NCBI GenBank assembly: GCA_964035545.1
Contig: OZ037769.1
Span: 7,793,929-7,857,928, forward strand
From: Bugula neritina
Taxonomy: Eukaryota; Animalia; Bryozoa
Direction: 5' to 3'
DNA length: 64,000 nucleotides
Below, in pieces: positions 51,366 to 64,000 of this stretch (the stretch's first letter is position 1; every line of letters starts with the position of its first letter). The position numbers and the translations under genes were made by a program. The notes under the pieces are model-generated. The model did no database searches, had not been told where the DNA came from, and was given only the letters and a program-made list of their open reading frames with translations.

Positions 51366-54300
51366 AGTCCGGTGTGACTCAGCATAGCTCTACTTACCTG
51401 GTAACATCACCTCATCTACTGTAACTGAATCTCTACTCTGAAGGGGCCACATGTTACTCTGTAAGACTCCATATTTTAACCTGTGGCTGCAGTTTCCAGC
51501 ACCACATGATGTGCCTGTGGAGTGCTCTACAGTTTGCACAGCTGTGAAGGAGTTTTCTTCTGTTTGTAGATGAAATGCAGGAATACTTCACTAATCTGAC
51601 AAAACTCATTGAAAGTAGTTACGCTCAGAACGGTAAACCGGCCCTGGTGGTTGCCCACAGCCTTGGTAACATGGTGAGTTCTCTGGCATACCTTGCTTAG
51701 AATGTGTTCCTGTTTTACCGTGTTATGGGGAGGTAAGGATAGAGTCCCAACTCAGTGCTACTAGAATTGAGTTTGTGTTCTTGTGCTTGCAGTGTGAATT
51801 ACAAGCAGAGAAAATATGACGACTAGCTATCTTTATGATTTACTATCCATGAAAACTACATAAATGAAATGTACTGGGCATTTATCAGTCCACAAAGTTG
51901 AAGAAGGTGTTTGGCTGCATCTTAGACATTGTATCTTATATCAGGTATCAGCATGTCAATCTATCTGCAGGTGTTCACCTACTTCCTGTCTACAAAGACA
52001 CAGAACTGGAAGGATAAATATGTGGCTGGTTATGTGGCTGTAGCTGCACCACTAGGGGGCGCTGCTAAGCTCTTCAGACTCTATGTATCCGGTTAGTGTT
52101 GGTCATCTTTTACTAATGTAATATATACAATTTCCTTACATGCTTATATTTGCCATTGATTTTCTTGCAATCCGTTTAATGCTACTTCACTACTGCCTTG
52201 TAGTGTTGTAAGTTTAGTGTTAGTGTGAGCACACATATGCTGGTAGCAGTGTTGTTATTTAGAACTCTGGTTTCATGAGGTCAGGTCAAGGGATATAATT
52301 AGATAATGTGAGTTTGTAAGCCTGAATTTCACTTCATTCATTTCTGCGGCTGCTGCTTTTTAAAGAATGTAGCACAAAAGGTGCTTTTAGGTTATATAGC
52401 TACCTATTGTTTGTGTCCCCATTTCTCGGTTAATTTGTGAAAGCAATGCCTTCTGAACAGTTCAAGTAAGGAAACTAACACTGGGCATGAGTATATTGAT
52501 CTCTTTATGAAACTGACTTATACAACATAGCATGTTATACGCTAAACTGCATACTATTAATCACCATGACATACACTCATGGCTTGAATTACCAAGTCAC
52601 ATGATGTATTTGCTGATGTCGAGACACTAGTCACATGCCTCTAGTCACATGTTCTGTCTCAATACGGTGTCTGTGCAAATCCTGAATGACTACACTATAC
52701 ATCAGTGTCATAAGTTGCTCATGACTTCGTCTACATGTCTACACCGCTTACTGAGACTTGCTGTATAATTTATGCACGTGCCCCTCAACGTGTACCTTTA
52801 CTATGCACTACACGTATCTACCATATGTTGTAGTGCAATGACACTCAGTTATATCCATAGTAGCACTTCAAAATACCTGCTTTATTTAGATTATACAACC
52901 TACTGTTTGGTCTTCACTACTAGTCACAATGTCTAAGTGTAGTTTGTCACACTGCTTAGTAAACTTTATATGGGAAGTTAAATTTGGCTCATTTAATACT
53001 GAATTAATAATTTTTTTAATATTGAATTATTTATATTATGTAATTTATTATATTGCTAATATTGTTTAATAGTAAATTAATAATATTATATTATTGGTAT
53101 TATTTAATGGTAAATTGATAATACTATTCAATATTGAACATATTATATTAGAGCTATTTTGAACCAGCTGAGCATCTCAAATTGAAACTTGTTGATATGT
53201 TTTTATTATTTCTCTCACACCTCTGCTATGGTACATTTTATTCTAATATTCCTACTTTTTGTCAAGTAAGAGTTCAATATAAATATTATGATTTAGGTTA
53301 TAGTCTTGTGGAAATACAGTAATTGAAGTGGCTCCATCAATCTTCATATTCCTATCAAATATGATCTCATTTCCAGTCACCCTAAATAAAAAAGTTAATG
53401 CAAATATTATTCAAACTACTATGTTTACCATCAGCATTGTAGATATCTTTAAAAATTCTACCATCTTCTGTATTGCAGTTGAGTGAAACTGCCTATGAGC
53501 CTGCACTGTACTGCAGTTGTATATATTTCTATAATGTCATGTTATATTACAGGTGATGCATTAGGAGAGAGGTTTATTTCTGCTCTCAGTGTTAGACCTA
53601 TGCAACGGACTTTCCCCAGCTCCGCCTTCCTCATACCTTACGCTGCCCCTCACTTCTGGGATGATGACTTCCCTTTCGTCATAACTCCTAAGCGAAACTA
53701 TTCTATTAGCAACTTACCGACTTTGGCAAAGGTAATTCTTTTCTACCTGTGGATCCTAGGTCTGAACAGAACTTACCCATATTGGAAAAAACTTAGCCAT
53801 ATCAGAAACACCAACTCCTAGTGCTTTTCCATGGTCTACAAAAAGTTAGCAATGTTTGGGTAAATAATGTAGGATATGGCTATGTGATGGTTTTTTCACC
53901 TTTGTTTTTAAAAGAGAATGCTGATTATATATCACACAATTCTTGGGATTCTTGCATTGACTCCTGTGCTGATATTTGTACTGCAGGACATCGGCTTTCC
54001 ATATTTATACGACATGAGGAAGAATACAGAGCACCTGGTGAATGTTGACAAAGTGCATCCTGGAGTACCTGTTTACTGTGTACATGGCTGGAATATATCT
54101 ACACCTCTACAGTTTACTTACACTGTAAGTCTCCATCAATATGTATGATACAACTTGCCCTCCGTACAATGTGAATGTGCTGCATGTTTGTAGTTTATAA
54201 CCATTTTTACAGTACCAGTGGCATTTCTCTCTATTATGACTGTAGGTGCTCAGACTCTAATAAAATAAACTTGGTAGGCTGATGAATCAGTACCAAGACT

Positions 54301-54553
54301 CTTATTGACCAACACGGGTTTGTAATGAATCACATAATATTACTTGTAGGAGTTTTCATTCCCTGACGAACAGCCTGAAGTGACATTTAGTAATGGCGAT
54401 GGTACAGTGAATGACAAAAGTCTCCAGGGCTGCGACCTGTGGAATGGTAGTAAATGGAAGTTTGAACACATATACCTCGATCAAGCTGAACACCTAAAAA
54501 TTCTTGATGATGGCAGGTTCATAAACTATGTCAAAAAAATTCTCAAAGTTTAA
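48363..54553 (+). CDS. PLA2G15: Group XV (lysosomal) phospholipase A2 / LCAT-family acyltransferase, multi-exon, with signal-peptide-like N-terminus
   Basis: PVIM|IPGDGGSQLMAKLNK; FTLWLNLELL; FDFRKAP; VAHSLGN nucleophile elbow; WKDKYV..APLGG; PGVPVYCVHG; NGDGTVN; EHLKIL. Confidence 0.9.
51252..51368. repeat. (TCAG)n microsatellite
   Basis: Direct tandem repeat. Confidence 0.95.
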
Positions 54554-55293
54554 GCGTACTTTGTGATAGCAAATATTCTATAACCTTTATTAGGAGTTGT
54601 GCTGCTGTTTCGATACAGTAATGGGTTTATATCATAATTATATTCAGTATTACATTAGAGCTTTTCTCTCCAGTTTGTGTTATTCATTTATAGTAGGCAA
54701 AATTGACCAATTGTTTACTTCATATCTCAGTGACAATCAGGAATCTAATAGCTAAATTTACTGGAAACATTGAAATAAGGAGCTATCCCAAGCAGTGCAA
54801 CACACTTATTGGCTGCATGGACAATTTTGTTATATTATTATTTTCACCCATTTCATGTCTGTCTTTTTCTACACATTACTTAATTTTGATATTTTTGTCC
54901 TTCAGATCTGAAAATCAATTGAATCTGAATTTTATGTGATTTGTTCTTTTTTTGTCAACACAATTTCCATCACATCAGCTGATAAACAAGTACCAGAATA
55001 TTTGACAATTATTATACTGTAATCATTTAGTTTTGGTATTTGTGAGGGTTTAAATTTCAATATCCTTTATGGTTCTGCAGGTTTGAGTTGGTTATTATTA
55101 AATAAATATAAGTATAAAATATCTATAGATAATGCAATAATAAAGTTCAAAAAATGTTACAATAAAGTTTCACAGCATTTTCTATAACTGTAACATTAAT
55201 TTTCACTGAAATAATAAAGTTGAATTGTCAAGAAAATAGTTGCTCTGCCACTGTTGCTGCTTCTTCATATAATAAATCTAGTTGAGAGAAGTC

Positions 55294-58200
55294 TTAGGTG
55301 CGAACCTGGAACCTGCCGGCTTTAGTCATGTATTTAACACCTTTGAACGGCTTGTATTTCTACCAAAAGAAAAAACAATTTGATTTTCAGAATAACTTCA
55401 TAGTTAACTTATTCTTTCCTTTTAATATTTCTACATCACAACTTGCCCAACTGGAGTTTTTTTGCATTGCATGATGGTGAACCCAGTCAATGTAATGTTA
55501 ACTCATTGTGTATAGAAGTATTTATATCTTATTAGCTTAATGTTAGTTATAATTAATTTTAAAGTAGTTAAATTGTAAAACACCTCACCACAAAAAATAT
55601 CTTACTTCTCAACAAACTCAAATTAATAGTATTCAACATGGAATTTCCATTGAGGCAATGCAGCTGGGATACATAAAAGTGAGGAGAAAAGTAAGACAAC
55701 TCTTGTATTTTATGCAGTCGATTGGGTAGTTGGCAGAAAATTGGTAGAATTTTATTTGATGAAAATTTGGCACAGCAAAAGCAGCAGTTTCTTCTAACAC
55801 AACTCTGATCTATATTATATATAGCTGCACAGTAAAAGGGGTGCTCAGCACGTACCTCCCCATAGCAGTCAACCCGATGCACCCTAACACCTGACGCAGT
55901 GTAACCACTGAGCTGGAAGCGAAGGTTCAGACTAGGAGTTATATCCGGCACTTCCGAACCAGATATTAAAGCTATACTTCCTGAAAATGTGAACATATAA
56001 CATACAGTTACATCTTTTTTTATAACTCATTAAAAAAGCTACAAAATTCTTGACAGTTAAATCATTACTTTGCTCAAAAGATAGAGAAATACTTCATCAG
56101 CAGTGAGAACTTAATTTGAGTGAGTGTTGTTAGATGTAAAACTATATATTGAAAAATAACAGATACCTCTGCAAATTTCTATTAGACAAAGAAGAAACTT
56201 ATTAAAACATGGCGCATTCCGTAGAAAGATAACTACTACCTTTTATACTTGGTGTTTTGCCAGGTTCCATCTCTCCTACATCCCATATCAGTATCTTAGT
56301 CGTGGGGTCAAACGAGTATTTCCCCTGTGAGGGGCTGAGTGATACACTCAGTACTGACTTAGGAAATGTTACTTCAACCACTGCCTTCTCTATCTACACA
56401 GAGTTGACCACAGAGAAATGACTTGCCATGAAATTCTATAGTGTACGTATTCTAATCTCAGTAATGGAAATATATTGGTACATATGAGATAGAAATAGTA
56501 AAACTATCAAGTAATAGAGTAAATGTTATAGCAGTTCGAAATAAGATCACTACTTACAGTTTTACCAGCTGTGTTTTTATGCCCAATGGAAACATCAAAT
56601 CTCCCACTGCTACCTTCCCGGTACACTATATTGTGTTTGGCGTATATAGGAACTTGAACATTGCTGTGAAATACAAGGAGGGCACATGATACAAAAGTTC
56701 ACCATGAGTTTCTTACAAGGTTTTACCAAACATTAGACGAACCACCATAAAAAAGACTTGTTCTAGTCTGAATACATACTTCTGAGAGGATATGTGGTAG
56801 GACACTAGTCGGAACTGGCCGTCTGGAGGTACAAATGATAGCACTTTTTCAGACTATAAATAAAAATCATGATATAAACGCGCAGGGCAAATATGAATAG
56901 ATCAGACATGTGGATAGCTTGCATAGTTGAATCCTGAAACTAAAGAGGTGATAGGATGTTGAAAATGATAAAATTTCTGCCATAGAAACTATTAAATTGT
57001 ATGTGTGTCCAGCTGCAGCTCAATGACTTCATTATAGTTCAAACTAAGAAAGATGGCCCACTCACCTCCCATCTCTTAAACCTGACACAGGGGTGGAAGC
57101 TGACGTCGTCGAGGAGACGGGGGTTCACAAAGTTCATTGTCAGGTCAGGCATACCGGAGAGCTTTATGAGACAGTCAATCTACATATAGAATATACTATG
57201 CTATGCAACATAATACAGCTGTAGTATATGTATTGTGTGTGTATACTATTCTACATATATAATATACTATACTATACAACACAGCTGTAGTGTATGTATA
57301 AACTATACACTATTATGTCTAAGATATAAAAATGAGCTGAGGAAATAGCCAGTAGACTAAATTTCAAAACCACGTCTTATTAACCTTGAACCTGACTGCT
57401 AAATACAACTTACACACTAATATAGCTTCCCATAAGTTATATGATCACTTATACACCTGATTGTGACAAGTCACCAGCAGTGACACTAGGACAGATAGCC
57501 TTAGTACCATAGGGTGCAGCATGTCTAGCTAAAGGCTGTATAGTAACACAGTTCAATACTTACGTATCCCTGCACCTCGCAGGTCACCAGGCCACCAGAC
57601 TTGTCAATGATAGCATCAATCTCCTCAATCACGTCAAAGTAGGCCTCATTGTTGGCGTATTTCACCCCAGCCCGTCTCCACGGCACATTGGACAACTGGC
57701 CAGCAGGTAAATTTTGAGCAACCCTGAGGTGTAAAAATCTAATTGTTATTTCATTTAGCACCAATCTTAGTTTTATACTTGATAAACAACTATTACAGTG
57801 TGCTCTTTCATGTTCATTTCATTGTACTCGAGCCATTTGAACCTAACGAGAGAAAGTACGTGGCAAAAATTTTGAAATTATATTAATATTTTGCTATGTG
57901 AATGTAAAGAATGGTGGACAGCAACTTCAGTGAATAAGTATCTAACCCTTTAATACTCAGTCACTGTATAAAATATACTCAGTCACTGTATAAGTTATAC
58001 TCAGTCACTGTATAAGATATACACAGTCACTGTATAAGATATACTCAGTCACTGTGTAAGATATACTCGGTCACTGTATAAGATATACTCAGTCACTGTA
58101 TAAGATATACTCAGTCACTGTATAATATATACTCAGTCACTGTATAAGATATACTCAGTTACTGTATAAGATATACTCAGTCACTGTATAAGATATACTC

Positions 58201-61200
58201 AGTCACTGTGTAAGATATACTCGGTCACTGTATAAGATATACACGGTCACTGTATAAGATATACTCAGTCACTGTATAAGATATACTCAGTCACTGTATA
58301 AGATATACTCAGTCACTGTATAAGATATACTCAGTCACTGTATAATATATACTCAGTCACTGTATAAGATATACTCAGTTACTGTATAAGATATACTCAG
58401 TCACTGTATAAGATATACACGGTCACTGTATAAGATATACTCAGTCACTGTATAAGATATACTCAGTCACTGTATAAGATATACTCAGTCACTGTATAAG
58501 ATATACACAGTCACTGTATAAGATATACTCAGTCACTGTATAAGATATACTCAGTCACTGTATAAGATATGACTCAGTCACCGTATAAGATATACTCAGT
58601 CACTGTATAAGATATACTCAGTCACTGTATAAGATATACACGGTCACTGTATAAGATATGACTCACCCAGTTGAAGTGTTGAGCACCACATCCTGTATTG
58701 ATCTGAGAATATTTGGCGGTTTTATCAACTCCTTTAAAATATTGCTTTCCGTAACCAAAGGAAATCCGTTGTCTAATATTTCATCCAAAAGCTGTAAGAG
58801 TATCACACATTGATTGGTCTATATTTAAACTTTTGAATTTATCAAACTAAAGAGCAGCATCATGAAATATACAAAATGGCTAAAAATATGGAGCTATATT
58901 TAAAGTTACCAAAGGTTTTGAAAGAAAATTTTCTAATTTTTTTTCAATCATGTAAATGGCAAAATGCTCTTTTTACAAACAATGGCTAAAATATCACACA
59001 GAACATATTGAGTGGAGCCAGTATAACACTCTACCTCACCTCATAAACAATGACATACTGCTCCTTGATGACAGCCTCATTCACAGAACCAAAGTAGTCT
59101 TTGATGATATCCATAATTCTATGAAGGAGCTCAATAACAAGCAAAGGAGGCACCTTGAATTAATACAATATCAAATTTATAACTCAAAAAGTCCACAAAT
59201 AAGTGCCAGTATAATATAAGTCAAGGTCACTGGCAAACTGGTGAGACCTTCATTCAGTTCACAAGTGAGATTGTCAGTAGCCCACATGCACCAAAATGCT
59301 ACCAAAACCTTGAAAGTTTATACTAAAATGTGTGTTACATACATAACTAGTTCATTAGTATAAGGTTCACATAGACTTCCTAGAGGGAAACAATAAGAAC
59401 AAATACCTTACATCAAATCTTCCTAATGAGTCTAATAGAATACTGATGTCAATTCAGTGTATTGATACATTTTAGGCTGCTAGAAGATTGAGCCTTCTAA
59501 ACAAGCAAATCTCAAGCAAATTTCCCAAATGAAACATGTGACCATATAAATAAACAGCCAAACAAAACTTGGAATACATTACAAATATTACAATAACACT
59601 CACTTCATTGGTGACTACTGCAATCAGAAACAAACCATTTCTAAATATATTGATAAGATAATGATGTGGACAGGCTATAACAGGAGGCACGTCCTCATTG
59701 GATAATGCCTACAAAGTGATATATATTTGGGTTAAGTATGTACAACATGAGTTATCTATTATCATATTATTAAATTTTAAATTATAACGCTATAAACCAA
59801 AACATATTTGGCGATTAAAATTTTAAAGAAACTCATTACCTTTCTCTGGGCCTCAAAGAAGTAATCACACATGGACTTGGATATCACACTCTTCCAATGT
59901 TTTTCCATAAAAACATCGCTAAAACAAAAATTTGAATATGAAAAAGCATACAGGTATCCTATGGTGCAAAAAGTCATAACATTATTGACTTGGCATACTT
60001 TGTGTTTTAAATGAAAGTTTGTTGCTTTTATTAAGCAGTAGTTTGGCATATTTCTATCTGCTCACTGTTACTAATTAAAATAAAGCAAAATAAAAATATA
60101 TTTGATCCAATAAAAAGAGCAAACTATATAAAAAAACTAAAGTATCGACGTCTCTTAGTTATGCAAATATTTTAAATGCATATACTTTATTTTAATTATA
60201 ATTGAAATCATATTCTTATAAAATTATGTAATATATCCAATTTCACATTACCATACAAGAGAAATGGGTGCCAAAATTGGGATTTAAAATAATAAATAAC
60301 CTAGCAATGTAGGACAAAAAATCAGTAAGCAAAATAAAATGTTAAATATGTCAGCTGGATTCACTAAAAACATATCTGATTCTGTGTTAGATAATACAGT
60401 CACTTATTTCACAGCGACACAGTCACAAGTTACAACATGATATCTAGATCGTCATAATCATAGTTGTAATTTTCATTTTGAGGTCAATTTGACAGATTGA
60501 GATTGTTCATTAGAAAGTTTAACAGATGAAGTTTGCTGTCATAAACTAATTATTATACAGCATGTTAGTATTTGACCATAAACAATGATGGTTATTTTTA
60601 CAATCACAGTGCACTACCGATTTATTGATTTTAAACAAATTGAAATTGCTACTAGGCCTACTTCAGTTAGTGAGTTAAAATCATTAAGAATAGAAAAAAT
60701 TACCCAGCCATGATTTGCCGTTATATTTCTAACTTAAAATTCAACACGCTTGACTTTGAGATTCAACTTTAGCATAAGGATTATATAACTATGACTATGA
60801 CAATAGGTCAATATTTATCACTCGTTAAGTTTAACTTTAGCTTTTACTCCTTAAAGTTAAGTGTATACTTGTAGTCATACTGCATATCACAAACTACTAC
60901 TAGTACTATCAATAAGATCAAGATTTACTGTCAGTATTTACACTTCTGTCAAACACTAAATCTAATACTTATATTCATAGTTATACTAAAAGTAATACTA
61001 ATAGACAATAATAATGCATAATATACTAATAGTAATATCATTACTTTCAGTAATACTAATAGTTATACTAGTAGCAATGTAATACATTTAATAATAGTAT
61101 CATTATTAGTGATACTAATAGTAATACTAATACTAATAGTAATACTCAGTAAATGGGTAATACTAATACTAATAGTAATAGTACAAGTAAAACTAATACT

Positions 61201-61653
61201 TATACTAAGTTAATTAGTTATACTAACACTAACTTCTAAGTATAATACTAAGAGTAATTGTAAATCAAAATGTAATACTAACTCCAAGTCTTAGAGTTAG
61301 TATTACTAATACTAATACTAATAGTAATACTAATACTAATACAGTAACACTAATACTAATAGTAATTGCAAAAAAAGTTTAACTTAAAGTTAAAGTTGAT
61401 TGTCAAATCAGTGAAATTTAACTTCAACGTCAACAGTTCAACAATATTCAAAAATTAATCCAATTATTTTGTATTCACAATTATTCAAATCGGCTTTCAC
61501 TTCGATGAATTCGAAGTTGAGGCAAAACCAAAGGAAAAATCAAAATGAAAAGATTATAATTTTTAATTAATAATAATTAATATTAAAAAAAAAATTAATT
61601 TTAAATAAAAACACTTACCCATTCTTATTAACCACAAATAAGCTATGTATCAT
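55294..61653 (-). CDS. AP3M1: AP-3 complex subunit mu, multi-exon
   Basis: MIHSLFVVNKNG|DVFMEKHWKSVISKSMCDYFFEAQ; VPPVIACPHHYLI; LLDEILDNGFPLVTESNILKELIKPP; VPWRRAGVKYANNEAYFDVIEEIDAIIDK; KYKPFKGVKYMTKAGRFQVRT*. Confidence 0.97.
57954..58665. repeat. 22-bp minisatellite (about 32 units) in an AP3M1 intron, abutting the splice donor
   Basis: Unit TATACTCAGTCACTGTATAAGA, with no unique spacers. Confidence 0.95.
60950..61365. repeat. (TACTAA/TAGTAA)n low-complexity tract in AP3M1 intron 1
   Basis: Degenerate TAATAC/TAATAG repeats. Confidence 0.8.
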
Positions 61654-62127
61654 CTTTAAAGGGCTTCAATTACTTTTAAAATTATAAGATAATTTAATGC
61701 AAATGTGAATAGCGGCCAGTGTACTATTGGTGTCAACAAAAACCCATTATTTCCTAGAAACTAGATATCAATAATTAACGGGTAATTTTCTTTTTAGTCA
61801 AGTGGATAACTTAGCGGAAACGGAAAAGAATAAAGGCACAATTTGCGCAAGCGTTTTAATTGCTCCTTTGTAAGTGGTCAACATTATATAACGTACTTAG
61901 CAACGCCAATAACATGTAGGCAGTGCAATGAAAACACCTGAAACCTTGCAGACTTCTATCTTATTGTAAGCTAAAACGTCTTTAAGAATTGTGCTGCAAA
62001 CGATATAGTGCAAAGAAGAACAGCTGTAAAAATATAGGTTTTAAAATTGTGTTTTATTCATAAAATAACCACTTTCAAAGTTATTCACAGTCACTACTAC
62101 TAATAGTAATACTCTACTAGTGCTACA

Positions 62128-63897
62128 ATGGATCTTTTTCAAGGTAAGCAAAAAACTACTAAGTCTGTCTAGTGTTAGAAGAAGAAATAAATAACGTAGA
62201 AGTAGCAAAGATTAACTCATTATTTCAGACCAAGTATTGGCAATTGCTCAACTATTGTTAACTATATGACAAATGATTGAGTTTCAATAAACTCATAAAG
62301 CCAGAAGACAGTAATAGAATAAGAGTAATTTATGGACATTGGACAGTGTTATACTCTTTAGGCTCTGAAGCCTTTAAAATTTTAATCATATTTGTGATGT
62401 GTCTAGGCCCTAGAATATAGTTATATAGACAAATAATTATGTTTAAACCTAACCAAGTTACTTCAGTCCTAGAGCTCAACTTTCTATTTATTGTTAACAA
62501 ATTAATACATATACAGTTAATGATATATGACCAACTCAATTCAAATATATATTTTTTAATGTGAGACGTATAAATTTATTTTGTTGCAATAATATTCTAA
62601 CATTTCTCATAACATATAATTTTGATTGTGTAGTCAAATAATGTAGATATGTTTTTACTACACACAAAATAATATAACAAGTTGGTTTTATCTACATATG
62701 TAAAACACAAACTGTAAAGCAACTGTAAAGTAGTTTATTATTCCAACTTCTTTTAGAAAAACCAAATTATGTGTCGTTTGGAACGACTGAGTCGAGGCCT
62801 ATATTCCCAATGGCTATGCCTCCAACAAGATTTGGCAATGAAATAAAACCTATACGGGGTCTACCAAACACTGGCCCAGGAGCCTATGAGAATGAGACAA
62901 AAACTAACTTTCAATACCAGACTGATAATTACCTTACGAGCAAAAAGGGATATACAATGGGTGCTAGAACTGGACCAAGGTTTGTGTTAAACAAGTTTTA
63001 TGTCAAACAGCAAGTTGTAGTACTGTGTAGAGTAAATTTATATTGCAGTTTAAATATTTGAAACATCAACTAAAATGCTAATTTCCTCAAAATTTTCTAT
63101 GCATTGAGACTTTTCCGTATTATGTTTCAAGGAAATGGCATAAAAATTATAAATGCATTATTTTACCCAAAAACAAAAATTTGTAATTTGAGCTGCTAAC
63201 TTTGCTTTACAAAACTATTGGATTACAAACTAGGTTTAGAAAAGAATTTATAGAAGAAACTCCAGCTCCAGATTGTTACCAAACCAAGTGCACAGAACCT
63301 ATGGAATTTGAGACGGCATATAAACCATTCAACTATGCTTCAGAAAGGTTTCCTGTCACCAGAAGAGATGTTGAAGAAGCTACACCTGGGTATGTCAGTT
63401 TATTTGTCAACATCACGAATAAACAAACATTGACACCAACAATCCTAAAGAATAATGGAATGTGGGTATATCTGGAGTTATGTGTTCTAGACACACAAGT
63501 CCAACAGAAATTCATTTCCACTTTCTGCTGCATTAGCTTATTTCCCAGATTACTTTTAAATTACTTTAGAAAATTAACTTTTAAATTGTAATGAAAACAG
63601 CATTCTTAATTTAACATTGTTCATCACAGAATAATGAAGAAATTATCAAATTAAAAATACATAAACTGTTCACTAACTCAAGGTCACTAAATTTCTTTTA
63701 GAGCTGGAAGCTATGTATTTGGTGTAAAACAAAATAGGAAAGTTCAATGGCACCAGAGTTTCGGAGGTGCTCCTATCAAGTTACCAGATGTTCACATTAA
63801 AAGCACAATTGGTTCTAATACAGCAAAACTATTAAGCACCAGAGACGCTAAAAAACATCATCGGAAGTTGGCATATCTCAAGCTGTATTGGGAATAA
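62128..63897 (+). CDS. PIFO: Pitchfork-like ciliary microtubule-associated protein (PGP/SHIPPO-type repeats), 4 coding exons
   Basis: MDLFQ|EKPNYVSFGTTESRPIFP..PTRFGN..GPGAY..SKKGYTMGARTGPR|F; TPAPDCYQ; KPFN..ERF; NRKVQWHQSFG; C-terminal HRKLAYLKLYWE*. Confidence 0.8.
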
Positions 63898-64000
63898 GAT
63901 ATCATTACTAGACCGGAAGTGACACGTTATCTCCAACACTTTCATTATTATATTTCTTCTACCTGCTACAGAACTATTTCTAGTTTTTCATGTGAAAACT

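Noticed and set aside
50925-51377. 150-aa ORF with SQSV repeats
   Set aside because: A PLA2G15 exon read through into an intron containing (TCAG)n
57954-58665. Possible CRISPR-like array
   Set aside because: Contiguous 22-bp units with no unique spacers and no cas genes, inside a eukaryotic intron

Overview
AT-rich, intron-rich animal genomic DNA, probably a lophotrochozoan invertebrate (inferred from the innexin, a Meta-type SINE and intron style). About 1-22.7 kb is a graveyard of nested transposons: DNA transposon remnants with a GDGDS motif, an intron-containing MULE, a truncated Gypsy, a young 2.6-kb two-LTR element and solo LTRs. About 23.4-64 kb holds seven spliced genes: TEX2(+), an innexin(-), MED22(-), ATP23(+), PLA2G15/LCAT-like(+), AP3M1(-) and pitchfork/PIFO-like(+). 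The main novelty candidate is an accessory protein family carried by LTR retroelements, with a CxxC..HxxxH-FCxCG..RH..C zinc-binding module and a C-terminal heptad coiled coil. It occurs three times. One copy is the only cargo of a young non-autonomous LTR element with no recognisable PBS, one sits in the env position of a Gypsy behind an in-frame GT-TACTAAC-AG intron, and one is decayed. Nearly all LTR insertions use ATAT/TTAT 4-bp target sites. All coordinates and translations were read by hand; no searches were run.
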